Source: Balanoglossus misakiensis (Eukaryota; Animalia; Hemichordata). From it: 64,000 nucleotides of DNA. Position 1 is the first letter of the stretch. Each line of letters opens with the position of its first letter. Below the pieces are notes generated by a model. That model saw only the letters and a list, made by a program, of their open reading frames with translations, was not told where the DNA came from and ran no database searches. Positions 63,359-64,000 of the stretch are shown here, in pieces. The translations under genes and the position numbers were made by a program. Location of the stretch: NCBI GenBank assembly GCA_040954595.2, contig CM082591.2, positions 458,518 to 522,517 of the forward strand, read 5' to 3'.

Positions 63359-64000
63359 ATGTAAAAAATAAGTTTTGGGGGAAAGAGCGCTTGTAAATAT
63401 TGAAATTTATAGGTGTAAAGTAGAAAAAATTGTACATGTATGTGCAAATGACAGAACTATTTAAAGCTGTATGTTACGGTGAAAAACATGAATATCTTTT
63501 GTTCAACAAATGTTATAGTACTGTTTCAAAGACTAATGAAAAGAGGGACAGGAAAATTTCAGTTGCAAGTCTCTTCTGTATTAAATTTTGAATAAAAGTT
63601 TAGTGCTGATGTGATGAATCTTGAGAACAAAATTTCATAATATATATACAAAAATGCAAAAAGTACTGAGATCAGTGTTTCACAAGAATAGTTAACAAAA
63701 TTAAGGAAAAATGTCACTACAGTGAAATTTAGTACCATGTAAGGACTTTATGTGAGGTATCAGTCTACAAGCTTGTGTGAAAAAATATATATTTACAGAA
63801 ATATAAAAATATGTGCAATTTATACAGTAACAACACACAATGCAAAATGCATTAAAATTACATTATTGAAATTATGATCCTGTTTTATGTTTATGATCTG
63901 ATATAATTTTAAGGTGTAATGAAAATGATTCTGATCAGCTAATATGTGTCACATGATTATAAAATTTGTATAATTTCTGTTTGCCACAACTCTTTACTCC

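Overview
AT-rich, intron-containing animal genomic DNA. It looks like a marine invertebrate such as a hemichordate or other non-vertebrate deuterostome, but the taxon cannot be fixed from sequence alone. I assembled four spliced protein-coding genes by hand from GT-AG junctions and checked reading-frame phase at each. (1) A + strand atypical, probably O2-sensing soluble guanylate cyclase (Gyc88E-like, 10 coding exons, 13282-26600, ~994 aa) ending in a CaaX box. (2) A + strand ~1488-aa multidomain protein (30755-38593) with a GT4/GT-B glycosyltransferase-like module (duplicated N-lobe, degenerate catalytic motifs), a TRADD-N-like domain, a coiled coil, an 18-aa tandem repeat and an NHL beta-propeller; this is the best candidate for an undescribed immune/conflict-type system. 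(3) A - strand ~848-aa uncharacterised protein with a degenerate EF-hand pair (51919-40503, 14 exons). (4) The 3' part of a - strand lamin-tail-domain gene (LMNTD-like, 62650-57691) that continues beyond the identified exons. The window also holds several small MITEs, local tandem duplications and microsatellites. I found no convincing gene in 1-12.8 kb, and no rRNA, tRNA or CRISPR. Domain calls rest on motif recognition, not database searches.
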